A stretch of 64,000 bases of DNA from Candidatus Bathyarchaeia archaeon (GTDB lineage: Archaea > Thermoproteota > Bathyarchaeia > 40CM-2-53-6), in assembly GCA_049513715.1 (NCBI GenBank), contig JBEKVV010000003.1, positions 288,001-352,000 on the forward strand, in the 5' to 3' direction. The position numbers and the translations under genes were made by a program. The notes under the pieces were generated by a model. It searched no databases and had not been told where the DNA came from. It saw only the letters and a list, made by a program, of their open reading frames with translations. This document shows positions 47,135 to 56,323 of the stretch, piece by piece. Position 1 is the first letter of the stretch, and each line of letters begins with the position of its first letter.

Positions 47135-49009
47135 CTAGTTCCAAAGGTCGTCAATAACATCGTGTAAGCCAAGGCGTTGTAATGTGCTTCTCCAAGGCTT
47201 TCCCGTTTTCTCATCCCAGCCCATGAGTCTGTAAACTTCCATAACCATTCCTTTTACGTAAGGTTCCATCGCTCTGCCTTTCGCTTTCCCTGCAGGTGGA
47301 GCCTCCACAATTCGAGGAGACACTTCGTAATCGTCCGCGGGTCTCAGTCCCAGCCTTATGTTGAAGGCTCGCTCCAAGTTGACCATTCTTTCGCCAACAG
47401 TCAAACTCTCTTCTGGAGTGAAATCCCAACCTGTGACGGCGGCTACTGCTTCGGATGTGCAGGTCAGGCTTCCAGGAACACCCCATGTTGCGAACCAGCA
47501 TGTGCCGTGACAGTCGTCCCAATATTTCTTGGGCCATGTCTTCGCAACGGCCAAGGGTTGAGCTTCAGGGTCCAACGGGGGTGCAAATTCCTTGTAGCCG
47601 ACATCTGGCTCGGGTGAGTACACGTTTGCTCCGTGGGCTCCCCAAGATGCTCCTCCTCCGACGATTTGCCCTAACATTACGCCCCATGCTGCCCTCCAGT
47701 CATGCAGGTTGATTCCTGTCCCCTTCACGTGAATCGCAAATTTCGGCGCATCACCACCAATCTTGTCAGCAGCCCTTCCCGGGCCAAGGGCGAGAAGCTT
47801 ACCTAACTTTCCTTCCCTGTTTGCAGCCTTCCTCATCATTTTTGCCACAAGTTCGGCGTCACCCCAGACCAATTCTAGACCATCAGTGTCTTCTTTTGTG
47901 AGCAAACCCTTCTCATAGCACTCTATTGTTAGCGCGATCGTACAGCCTACCGTGCTTGATTCGAATCCTAAGCGGTCGCAGAGGTCGCAGAGATAGAACG
48001 CTGCGCTCATGTCATAAACGCCGGATATCGAGGCAGCGCCTTCGAGATTTTCTCCGCCCCCATTCATGGTTGCGACCATGTCCTTGTACTGACCTGATCC
48101 AATTTTGACGTCATAGGCACATGCTATGGGACAAGCGAAACATGGTCGGAGCTTCATCTCCCTCGTGGACATGCCAACTCCCCATTGGGGAGGACTGACC
48201 TCACGGAAGTTCTTCGCAGAGGCGATCGAATGTTCCTTCTCATACACGTAATCACCCTTCCCCGCTCCACCGTTTCTCTCCCCCTGGGCCACCTCACTCT
48301 TGAACAAATTCTCTCTCCAGTTCTTTGTAGCATTCTTCAGCTTCTCTTCATTTGCAATTGGAATCCTTCCTGAACCGAAAACGGCGATGGCTTTCATCTT
48401 CTTCGACCCCATCACCGTGCCCACGCCGGAGTGAGAGAATGAATGGTTTCTGTCATTCGCGATAAGAGCGCCAGTAGCCATATGCTCACCTGCGGGCCCA
48501 ATTGCCGCTACACTCGCCCGAGGCCGTCCTAGCTCTTCACGCACTAGATCCTCTGTCTGGTGCGTGTCCTTGCTCCACAAATTGTGGGCATCTCTAATCT
48601 CGCCTTTCCCGTCGTTTATCCACAAGTACACAGGTTCAGGGGATGATCCCTCTATTATCACGCCGTCAAATCCTGCGAATTTAAGTTGTGGCCCCCAATA
48701 TCCATGGGAGTGCGACCTTCCGCAAGTGAACATTGTGTCAGCGTTTAACGTGGTGATAGTTGTGTTGGTGCAGGCAGGTACAGATGGCACGCCTGTGAGG
48801 GGGCCAGTCATGAAAATGAATGGGTTCTCAGGATCCGTCGGTTTGAATCCTAACCTGAGGTTGTCGTAGAGGAATCTCAAGCCTAGTCCAAAGCATCCGA
48901 CGTATTTCTTCAGCACGTCTTCCGGGAAGACATCGAGGAGATTCTCCGAACGAACCTTCCCCTCGTTTAGGTTGACGCGGAGCAGCTGGCCCAAGTATCC
49001 TCCTTTCAT
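47135..49009 (-). CDS. Aldehyde:ferredoxin oxidoreductase family (W/Mo-pterin), divergent
   Basis: LRVNL, GPLTG, LKFAGFD, IGPAGE, G.VMGSK..KA, CFACPIAC, CD.LG, ER.FN, GWD..G.P. Confidence 0.92.
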   Translation of the reverse strand: MKGGYLGQLLRVNLNEGKVRSENLLDVFPEDVLKKYVGCFGLGLRFLYDNLRLGFKPTDPENPFIFMTGPLTGVPSVPACTNTTITTLNADTMFTCGRSHSHGYWGPQLKFAGFDGVIIEGSSPEPVYLWINDGKGEIRDAHNLWSKDTHQTEDLVREELGRPRASVAAIGPAGEHMATGALIANDRNHSFSHSGVGTVMGSKKMKAIAVFGSGRIPIANEEKLKNATKNWRENLFKSEVAQGERNGGAGKGDYVYEKEHSIASAKNFREVSPPQWGVGMSTREMKLRPCFACPIACAYDVKIGSGQYKDMVATMNGGGENLEGAASISGVYDMSAAFYLCDLCDRLGFESSTVGCTIALTIECYEKGLLTKEDTDGLELVWGDAELVAKMMRKAANREGKLGKLLALGPGRAADKIGGDAPKFAIHVKGTGINLHDWRAAWGVMLGQIVGGGASWGAHGANVYSPEPDVGYKEFAPPLDPEAQPLAVAKTWPKKYWDDCHGTCWFATWGVPGSLTCTSEAVAAVTGWDFTPEESLTVGERMVNLERAFNIRLGLRPADDYEVSPRIVEAPPAGKAKGRAMEPYVKGMVMEVYRLMGWDEKTGKPWRSTLQRLGLHDVIDDLWN

Positions 49010-49118
49010 GACAAATCTTCATTCCATTGGTGGTGAGCATGGGATAAGGGTGCGTGGTGAAACACGCTGGTGAGAGCGAGTCTCAAGACGCCACTACTTC
49101 CAAAATGCATTCACCGAA

Positions 49119-49958
49119 TTACGATTTGAGGAATTGTTCCAAGTGCTTCTTGCTATCCTTGAATCCTCTTCTAGGGTCACGGGTGCCCAACTCGAACGAA
49201 ACATATCCCTCGTATCCTATCTGACGCAGCGCTTTCACTACGTCCTCGAAATCGATGACTCCCGTACCTGGTACCAAGTGTTCATCTAACATGCCATTGT
49301 TGTCATCTGCGTGCACGTAGGCGAGGTATTTCTTGGATTCGAGGATTGCGTCAACAGGGTGAGGGCCGCTTTCCTTCCACGTGTTGTGGAACGAAATCAT
49401 CGCGTGACCGGTGTCCAGAAGAAGTCTCACATTGTCGGAACTGACGTCATCCAGCATCTTGATTCCGTCCCTAGAATCTATGACGACCGTCCCCGGACAG
49501 GGCTCAAGCGCAATAACCACTCCGTAATCAGCACAGCTTTTCGATGCTTCCTGCAATCCTTGCTTGACCCATTGCCAAGCCTTTTCTTTCGGGGTGCCTA
49601 TTGTCCACGAATATCCCGCTGTGGTCGTAACTAACCCTGCACCTAGTTGGGAGGCAACTTCTGCGCAGGTCTTGAGATGATTGATTTTCCAGCGTCTAGC
49701 TCTTTCGTTCTCATGCACCAGAGTCGAAGTATGAGGACTACCATCATCTGTGTGCAGACCAACGACCTTGAGGCCCTCTGAATCCAAGAGGCTTCTGAGC
49801 CTCTTCAAGTCGTCCTTCGTGTAGTCCTCAGGGTTGATGTGGGGTCTAACACCGGACAGCTCAATTCCTTTGAAGCCCAATTCAGCCACGATTTGTATTG
49901 TCCTTTCTACCGAGTACATCGGGAAACAATGCATGCAAGCTGCTAGCTCAATTGTCAA
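49119..49958 (-). CDS. Sugar phosphate isomerase/epimerase (xylose-isomerase-like TIM barrel)
   Basis: GF.GIEL, ALEP, LDTGH, VH.DDN, H..PG.G.IDF, GY.G..S.E. Confidence 0.9.
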   Translation of the reverse strand: MTIELAACMHCFPMYSVERTIQIVAELGFKGIELSGVRPHINPEDYTKDDLKRLRSLLDSEGLKVVGLHTDDGSPHTSTLVHENERARRWKINHLKTCAEVASQLGAGLVTTTAGYSWTIGTPKEKAWQWVKQGLQEASKSCADYGVVIALEPCPGTVVIDSRDGIKMLDDVSSDNVRLLLDTGHAMISFHNTWKESGPHPVDAILESKKYLAYVHADDNNGMLDEHLVPGTGVIDFEDVVKALRQIGYEGYVSFELGTRDPRRGFKDSKKHLEQFLKS

Positions 49959-50099
49959 TGCCTTCGCGTCCTAGCGTCTGGTATCACGTGGAACCTAATT
50001 TGGATTTGTGAATATAATGTCCATATTCTACTAACACTCCTCCTAAATTCTCTTGCACACAAAGGGGCTTGATTCCTTTCACAGTGAGGATCGATCAAA

Positions 50100-50870
50100 T
50101 TGTCGAATATGCGACTTGCGAATAAAGTGGCAGTTGTAACTGGAGCGGCTCAAGGTAACGGGTTGGGTATCGCAAGGGCTCTAAGCAAGGCGGGGGCCAC
50201 CGTTGTTCTCACCGACGTATCCAGCAAAGTCGAAGACGCCGCCAAAGAACTCAACACGGCAGGATACAACGCTCTGGCCATTAGGATGGACGTGACAAAA
50301 GCAGAAGAGGTTAACGCGGCAGTCAAAAAGGTTCTAAGAGATTTCGGGACCGTGGACATTCTTGTAAACAACGCCGGAATATACCCCGACGAGCCTCTCC
50401 TGCGTGACATGCCGGAGGAATTCTGGGACAATATGTTCAACGTTAACGTGAAGGGCATCTTCTATTGCCTCAAAGCCATCCTTCCAACAATGATGGACAA
50501 GAAGAATGGAAAGATTGTCAACATGTCATCGGTTACAGGCCCCATGGTTTCGGTTCCGCACTCCAATGCGTACTCCGCGTCCAAAGCTGCCATCTCAGGT
50601 CTAACCAGAGCCCTAGCGCTAGAAGTAGCTGAGTATGGCATAAACGTGAACGCGATCTGTCCTGGGTTCATCAAAACTCCTGGTTCACAATATCTTGCTG
50701 AAAGGGAACGGAAAATCGCAAATTCAGTTCCACTCAAGAGGTTCGGCACTATCGATGACGTTGGAGACCTAGCGGTTTTCTTAGCCTCAGATGAATCCAG
50801 CTATCTCACTGGCACTGAGATAGTCATAGACGGCGGAAACATCATACAAGAAGTCAAGGCCATTTCATAG
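50100..50870 (+). CDS. SDR family oxidoreductase (UcpA-like)
   Basis: TGAAQGNG, NNAG, SS, YSASK, NAICPG, DGG. Confidence 0.93.
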   Translation: MSNMRLANKVAVVTGAAQGNGLGIARALSKAGATVVLTDVSSKVEDAAKELNTAGYNALAIRMDVTKAEEVNAAVKKVLRDFGTVDILVNNAGIYPDEPLLRDMPEEFWDNMFNVNVKGIFYCLKAILPTMMDKKNGKIVNMSSVTGPMVSVPHSNAYSASKAAISGLTRALALEVAEYGINVNAICPGFIKTPGSQYLAERERKIANSVPLKRFGTIDDVGDLAVFLASDESSYLTGTEIVIDGGNIIQEVKAIS

Positions 50871-50979
50871 ACCGCGGTCGACCGATCAACTGCTCAGAAG
50901 TGGCAAGTGGACTATATCGTTAACTTGGCCCATCTCATGACTTCTATTAGAGCTGTCCCAAACGCGTATTGAGCAGGTA

Positions 50980-52032
50980 GTGACGTTGGACGCCAAAAGC
51001 AAGATCAAGAACTACGCTAGAAGCATAGGCATTGTAGCTGTTGGCGTCACTGGGCCGGAACGATTCGATATTGTACTCCCAATCTACAAGAAGAGGATTG
51101 ACCGAGGTTATTTGTCTGGGTTCGAAGAGAAAAATCTCGAACTACGACTGGACCCTCATCTGAGTATGCGCGAGGTCAAGTCGATCATTTCACTTGCAGT
51201 CCCATACAATGTTGACTACCGCCAAGAGAAGAAACCCAAGTACCACGGTCAAGTGGCCCGCGTGGGCTGGGGAAGAGATTATCATGTTGTTGTCACAGAC
51301 AAGATGACTAAACTCGTCCAATTCATACGGGACATCCATCCGGACGTGAAATACCGTATGATGGTTGACGGCGGTCCTCTCATGGACCGAGCTGTCGCTT
51401 GGCGGGCGGGGCTTGGGTGGATTGGAAAGAACAACACGTTGATTGTTCCGAGGATAGGGTCCTACGTGTTTCTTGGCGAGGTTCTGATTGACAAGTATTT
51501 GGAACCTGACTCTCCTCTAAGGATGAATTGCGGCGAATGCGAACAGTGTATGAAAGCCTGCCCCACGGGGGCTCTCGTGGAGCCGTTCACTCTCAACACG
51601 AAGGTGTGCTTGTCGTACATTACGCAGGCGGCGGAGCAAATCCCCGACTGGGCGGTTTCCAAGATGGAGGGACGAATCTATGGTTGCGACATTTGTCAGG
51701 ATGCCTGTCCGCACAACGTAGCGGCTCCGAAGATTGGTGACAAAGCATTTACTCCGTCGACAATTGAACCTTGTCCAGATTTGATAGATCTAGCGAGCAT
51801 GGACTTTGCTCGCTGGAGAGAGACCGTGGGACAGACCGCGGGGGAATGGATTGGGAGAAGCATCATACAACGTAATGCCATCGTTGGCCTCTCCAACTAC
51901 GCGGACCCCCAGATCCTACCGTTCTTGGAGAAGCTCCAGGATGACCCGAGAACGCTGATAAGGGACGTGGCACGATGGGCGTACGATCGGATTCACAGTA
52001 AGGTCAGTAGGCCTCGAACGAGCGCATGTTAG
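50980..52032 (+). CDS. queG: tRNA epoxyqueuosine reductase QueG-like (cobalamin, 2x4Fe-4S)
   Basis: WGRDYH, VD.GP..DR..A.RAGLGWIGKN, GSYVFLGE, CxxCxxCxxxCPTGA, CLSY.T, YGCD.CQ..CP.N, RNA, HEAT-like tail. Confidence 0.88.
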   Translation: MTLDAKSKIKNYARSIGIVAVGVTGPERFDIVLPIYKKRIDRGYLSGFEEKNLELRLDPHLSMREVKSIISLAVPYNVDYRQEKKPKYHGQVARVGWGRDYHVVVTDKMTKLVQFIRDIHPDVKYRMMVDGGPLMDRAVAWRAGLGWIGKNNTLIVPRIGSYVFLGEVLIDKYLEPDSPLRMNCGECEQCMKACPTGALVEPFTLNTKVCLSYITQAAEQIPDWAVSKMEGRIYGCDICQDACPHNVAAPKIGDKAFTPSTIEPCPDLIDLASMDFARWRETVGQTAGEWIGRSIIQRNAIVGLSNYADPQILPFLEKLQDDPRTLIRDVARWAYDRIHSKVSRPRTSAC

Positions 52033-52035
52033 GGC

Positions 52036-52545
52036 TCAGTTCAGTTGAATGACTGTTGAACAACCTCGTTCCCGGCCCTCAAAGAGCGTGACTTCAATTT
52101 CCTTGACGTTTTGGGAAAAGTCACGGTATTCTCGGATCTTGGCCTCAATCTCCTTCCCAATCCACACCACAAGCGCCTCAGCTGTGACTTCTTCGAGTGG
52201 GAGGAGCTTTACGTCGCCTAATGGAAGTAGGTACCGCTTCTGGTCCCCAGATACATATTCGATCGCGATGGAATCTTCCTTGTACACGTTATCACCTCCG
52301 GAGGCCATGAGGGTTTTGTTGTTCAATTCGGAGCAGACGCCCTTGATGATAGTCATGAGTTCTTCGAATGGGAAGACCATTGAGGCCTCCGACTTGCCTT
52401 TCCCTTTCAACGCGACGGCCAGCTCATATGTGTGGCCGTGAAGCCTGTCAAGGCCATGTGGAGCGTGGCTAATTCTGTGGCTAATGCAGAAGCTTCCCCC
52501 GAAGGTTCTTCCGTCAACGAAAACCGATAATTCCACTTCAGTCAA
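52036..52545 (-). CDS. PTPS/QueD family T-fold protein with non-canonical active-site motif
   Basis: SH, RLHGHTY, YLLP..DV..LP....TAE, V...E; lacks the Cys/Glu before HGH. Confidence 0.8.
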   Translation of the reverse strand: MTEVELSVFVDGRTFGGSFCISHRISHAPHGLDRLHGHTYELAVALKGKGKSEASMVFPFEELMTIIKGVCSELNNKTLMASGGDNVYKEDSIAIEYVSGDQKRYLLPLGDVKLLPLEEVTAEALVVWIGKEIEAKIREYRDFSQNVKEIEVTLFEGRERGCSTVIQLN

Positions 52546-52562
52546 GTAATAGCGCCTCTATT

Positions 52563-52603
52563 ATATGATATGTTATTTGTATGATATGATATGTTATTTG
52601 TAT
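52563..52603. repeat. Tandem duplication (20-bp unit, 21-bp period) spanning the ferredoxin stop codon
   Basis: atatgatatgttatttgtat at 52563-52582 and 52584-52603. Confidence 0.85.
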
Positions 52604-53016
52604 TCTATGGCGTTGAACTGACAGTACTGAACGCACTTTGGTTCGCCGAAACATAGGTCACATTTGAATGCCTTCTTTGCCTCTTCGTCGAATTGCACCA
52701 TATTTATCGGGCATGCCTCTATGCACAGTCTACAGCCAGTGCATTTCTCAGGAATTATTACCACTGCATTTGTGCGGCTATCCCTCGTGATTGCCCCAAC
52801 TGGGCACGAGCGCATGCAAGGGGCATCATGGTTAGGCGGCTTGTCACACTGAATGCAGGCCATCGGTGTAAACACAACCTTTCTCAAGTCGCGTGAGATT
52901 CTGATGTGCGCCTTTTTCGGTGAATAGACGCCGTATTTCTCCATGGAACATGCGAGCATGCACATCTCGCAACCTGTGCATTGGTCGAAGTATCCAACTA
53001 ACGCTTGTCTTGCCAT
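52594..53016 (-). CDS. 4Fe-4S dicluster (DmsB/AorA-like) ferredoxin subunit
   Basis: CTGCEMCMLAC, CIQC...C...CP, CTGCRLCIEACP, KCDLC...C...C. Confidence 0.93.
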   Translation of the reverse strand: MARQALVGYFDQCTGCEMCMLACSMEKYGVYSPKKAHIRISRDLRKVVFTPMACIQCDKPPNHDAPCMRSCPVGAITRDSRTNAVVIIPEKCTGCRLCIEACPINMVQFDEEAKKAFKCDLCFGEPKCVQYCQFNAIEYK

Positions 53017-53023
53017 GTCGTTC

Positions 53024-53794
53024 TCACCTGACTAATTCCTCGACATCTGCGTACCATTTTTTCTTCGTACCGACTTTGGCGCGCATTTTCCATTTCATCG
53101 TCTTCGGGACGCGGTCGATGTAGTCAAGGAGTCGTTCGGTCTTTGCTGCCACGTCAGCCCTGTCTTCCTCGGAGAGTACTTTCATCGTGGGGAGAGTGGT
53201 CTTGATTCGCCCCAAGTTGGTGGTGACAGTGTAGTAGAAGCCCCAATCGTCAGAAAGTGTCTGTGCAATGTGCTTCGCATTCACCGTGTCTTGATCGACC
53301 TCTCCCACTTCATGTTCTCGCAAAATCACAACGGTGTCCTTGATGTCTTTTTCATTCAATTGCACGATCTGCATCTTTTCCAAGATGAAGTCGGCTAATG
53401 TTATCGTGGGGTAGTCTTTCTCAAGCCGTCCTGCAAAAGGTATAGTGTGACACATTGGGAGTTTGTCTATGAATACGTCTATTCCTCTACCGTTGCTCTT
53501 GTTGTAGTACTTGTGGCGCCTGTCCCCAAAGTACGCCAAAATGTGTTCATCAGGCGCATAGCCCAACGAGACGAAGAATGGTTCCAGCTGTTCACAATGC
53601 TTGCGGTAAGTCATGACATCAATGTCAGTTAATTCTCGTTTCATTGCGTCATGAAGGTGCAAGTACTTCTCGCAGTGTAGTAGAACTACAAGAGCCCCCA
53701 TAATTCTCATTGTGATGTCTTTGTCGCGGGCCGCGGACACCATTCTGAGCGCTTCATCAGCAAATTCGTTCTTATCTTGACTAGACATTGACAT
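53024..53794 (-). CDS. Hypothetical protein, putative nucleotidyltransferase fold
   Basis: MGA.VV (GG-like), TDID, DVF, L.K.QI...NEKD..D; embedded in the AOR operon. Confidence 0.65.
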   Translation of the reverse strand: MSMSSQDKNEFADEALRMVSAARDKDITMRIMGALVVLLHCEKYLHLHDAMKRELTDIDVMTYRKHCEQLEPFFVSLGYAPDEHILAYFGDRRHKYYNKSNGRGIDVFIDKLPMCHTIPFAGRLEKDYPTITLADFILEKMQIVQLNEKDIKDTVVILREHEVGEVDQDTVNAKHIAQTLSDDWGFYYTVTTNLGRIKTTLPTMKVLSEEDRADVAAKTERLLDYIDRVPKTMKWKMRAKVGTKKKWYADVEELVR

Positions 53795-55605
53795 TACGCC
53801 TCACTTCGATGACTGTTCTCAGTCCCACCTTTCAGCGAATTTGCAGCAGCGTTACCTTCCCCCGATTCCCAACCGATTTCTCTGTAGAAATCTTCTAGCA
53901 TCGGGCCCAATTCGACTACGTGGCCTTTTGATGCTCCTTCAGTCAACGGTGTCTCCAAGAGCCTTCGTGGCAGAGTGTCATCGCTTCGCTTAACGCCTAT
54001 CTGTTCATTGAACTTTCTTTCTATATTGGAAATGCGTTCTGCGATCTCCGAGAGTGTTGAGGGAGTGTAATCTCTGCCGGTCGAGAATCTCAGGAGTTTT
54101 GTCATTCGCTCTAGGTTCACGACGCCGCCATAGAATACGCAGACAATCGCAGAGTCGTAAAGCAACTGATTCTTGCGAGCCTGCTTGACGAGCGCGCCCT
54201 TCCCTTGTGGTGTGAACCGGTCCACTTTCCCAAAGAATAGTTCAGCATTGACAGGGTATCCGCCTGCGTGATGACAGCCTCCACGCTCAGACGTAGCCAT
54301 TGCGAGCCCTTCGCCCTTCGCCCCTCTTGGATCATATCCACCCAGCTCAAGGCCTTTGACGTGCATGGCGAATTGGTCCTCTCCAACAATTTGTGAAAGG
54401 TATCTGACGCCCTCGGCCATTGGGGCTCCGAAGGCTTCGCGGTGCGCGATCATCTTTATGATCTGAGGAATCTTCGCGTTCTCCCCGAACTTCAAGTCGA
54501 AGCCTTCCAGCTCGCCTTTCAGCAGACCCTTCTCTCGACATTCCATTAGGAATCCGATGACACTACCCGTAGTCATTGTGTCCATTCCCATGGCATCGCA
54601 CATGTAATCTGCGAGCGCGATTGAGCGTATGTCGCTGATTCCGCAATTGGATCCGAGCGCGTAGATGGTTTCGTACTCGGGCCCCTCATCCACCAAGATC
54701 TTCCCGCCGTAGATGACAGAGCTCACCTTTCCGCACGCGACTGGGCATGCGAAGCACGCAGAATCTCTTGATACGAGTTTCTCTCTTAGATGCTCTCCAC
54801 TGATGTCTGGAGCGCCTGAAAATATTCCTGACTGAAAGTTGCGTGTAGGGAGAATCCCAAATTGGTTGAGTGTTTCAACCAGTGACGGAGTCCCGTAGAG
54901 TCGGTAGTTAATCATCTCGGCATCGTGCTTCAAGTCTTCGAGGATCGCTCGGATGGTTTCATCAAATTGCCTTATGTCAGACATCTCTAAGCTGCCCGTT
55001 CCTCTGACAGCTATCGCTTTGAGCTTCTTTGAGCCAAATGCACATCCTCCACCGCAACGGCCCGCAGCCCGCCTTCCCAGCAATACGCTTGCATACTTCA
55101 CCAAGTTCTCCCCTGCAGGTCCAATGCAGGCAATTTCAAAATCACCAATATCTCGATGAATTGCTTCCTGCGTCTCAATGGTCTCCATCCCCCAGTAGGG
55201 CTGTGCATCAGCTACTGTGGCGGCGCCGTCATCGATGACCAGCATCTTCGGTGATTTTGCTCGGCCTTCCAATATCACAGCGTCGAACCCGGCGTATTTC
55301 AGTTCGGCGCCAAAGTGTCCTCCCGCTAAGCTGAACCCGTAGATTCCGGTGAGCGGGGATTTGAAGGTCACACCGACTCTCGAGGAACCAGGGGCCATTG
55401 TCCCTGTCAGAGGACCTGTGGTGAGGACGACTTTAGCAGATTCCGACAAAGGGTCCACTGCGGGTGAAATCTCTTCGATAAGGAGTCTTGCTCCGAGCCC
55501 CCTCCCACCCAAGTACTCAGCACAGGCAGATTCACTAATGATCTGCTGTTGAACCTTCTCACTAGTGAGGTTGACTCTGAGAAGGCGCCCCTTGATGGAA
55601 TTCAG
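53794..55605 (-). CDS. aor: Aldehyde:ferredoxin oxidoreductase (tungsten AOR family)
   Basis: GGRG.G, SPLTG, IGPAGEN, R.AGR.G.G, GSKKLKA, CFACPVAC, PEYET, D..G.D, KGLE..GYDPR. The frame extends upstream of 55512 through KGRLLRVNL to CTG at 55605. Confidence 0.93.
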   Translation of the reverse strand: MNSIKGRLLRVNLTSEKVQQQIISESACAEYLGGRGLGARLLIEEISPAVDPLSESAKVVLTTGPLTGTMAPGSSRVGVTFKSPLTGIYGFSLAGGHFGAELKYAGFDAVILEGRAKSPKMLVIDDGAATVADAQPYWGMETIETQEAIHRDIGDFEIACIGPAGENLVKYASVLLGRRAAGRCGGGCAFGSKKLKAIAVRGTGSLEMSDIRQFDETIRAILEDLKHDAEMINYRLYGTPSLVETLNQFGILPTRNFQSGIFSGAPDISGEHLREKLVSRDSACFACPVACGKVSSVIYGGKILVDEGPEYETIYALGSNCGISDIRSIALADYMCDAMGMDTMTTGSVIGFLMECREKGLLKGELEGFDLKFGENAKIPQIIKMIAHREAFGAPMAEGVRYLSQIVGEDQFAMHVKGLELGGYDPRGAKGEGLAMATSERGGCHHAGGYPVNAELFFGKVDRFTPQGKGALVKQARKNQLLYDSAIVCVFYGGVVNLERMTKLLRFSTGRDYTPSTLSEIAERISNIERKFNEQIGVKRSDDTLPRRLLETPLTEGASKGHVVELGPMLEDFYREIGWESGEGNAAANSLKGGTENSHRSEA

Positions 55606-55715
55606 GGTGATTCACAGCCAAGCAAAGCATCGTTTTCAGTCAATTCTTCGCGTTGCAGTATAGTGTCTTTGTATATACTGTAAATTAGAATGCTAACACT
55701 ATCCACGATGCAGTT

Positions 55716-56309
55716 TTGATTGCTAGACACCGGATTCGCCTAGAAGGAGTATTTGTGGAACGGTTCATAGCGAAACACGGAAAGGGCATTCTCGTGAATT
55801 GCAGGAAAGGCGATCACATATTCATCAAGACGGTTGGGGGAGGCCAAGTCTCAGACCTGACCTTCCTAGGTTTTGATCAGGCGATGACCAGAAACTTCAA
55901 CGGCTGGCGGCGCTACAGTGCCCCCAAACTCGTAACGAGTCTAGAGGAAGGAGACGTGCTCGTTGATGGAAACGTGAATCCAGTTCTGCGAATCGTCAAG
56001 AAGAAATCTTCAGTGGGGATGGATGTCATATTCCCTGGATGCTGGAGCGAAATCTATGACGACCACCGCCCTGGATGCAGGGATATTCTCTCGAAACTCT
56101 TTGGTGTTGAGCGAAAGCAACTTCCCGCGATGGCCACATTCTTCATGGAAGTCAGAGAGTTAGAGATTCTTCCTTGCCGGGCAGCGCCCGGAGATTACGG
56201 AGAACTCGAAGCTCTTCGCGACGTCGTAATCGGCGTGACTTCATGCCCAGACGACGAAAAATGCAACACCAAACCCGGCGAAATTGAAGTCACTGTTGAC
56301 CGCGCCTGA
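55716..56309 (+). CDS. DUF1989 (urea carboxylase-associated/CgdAB-like) protein
   Basis: GGQVSD, D...PGC, GC, F, GDY.ELEAL.D...GV.SCP...CN. Confidence 0.82.
   Translation: MIARHRIRLEGVFVERFIAKHGKGILVNCRKGDHIFIKTVGGGQVSDLTFLGFDQAMTRNFNGWRRYSAPKLVTSLEEGDVLVDGNVNPVLRIVKKKSSVGMDVIFPGCWSEIYDDHRPGCRDILSKLFGVERKQLPAMATFFMEVRELEILPCRAAPGDYGELEALRDVVIGVTSCPDDEKCNTKPGEIEVTVDRA
55850..56029 (+). repeat. 180-bp perfect inverted repeat, copy 1 (inside DUF1989 gene)
   Basis: Base-for-base reverse complement of 60633-60812. Confidence 0.92.
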
Positions 56310-56323
56310 TTAGGTGAAGATCC

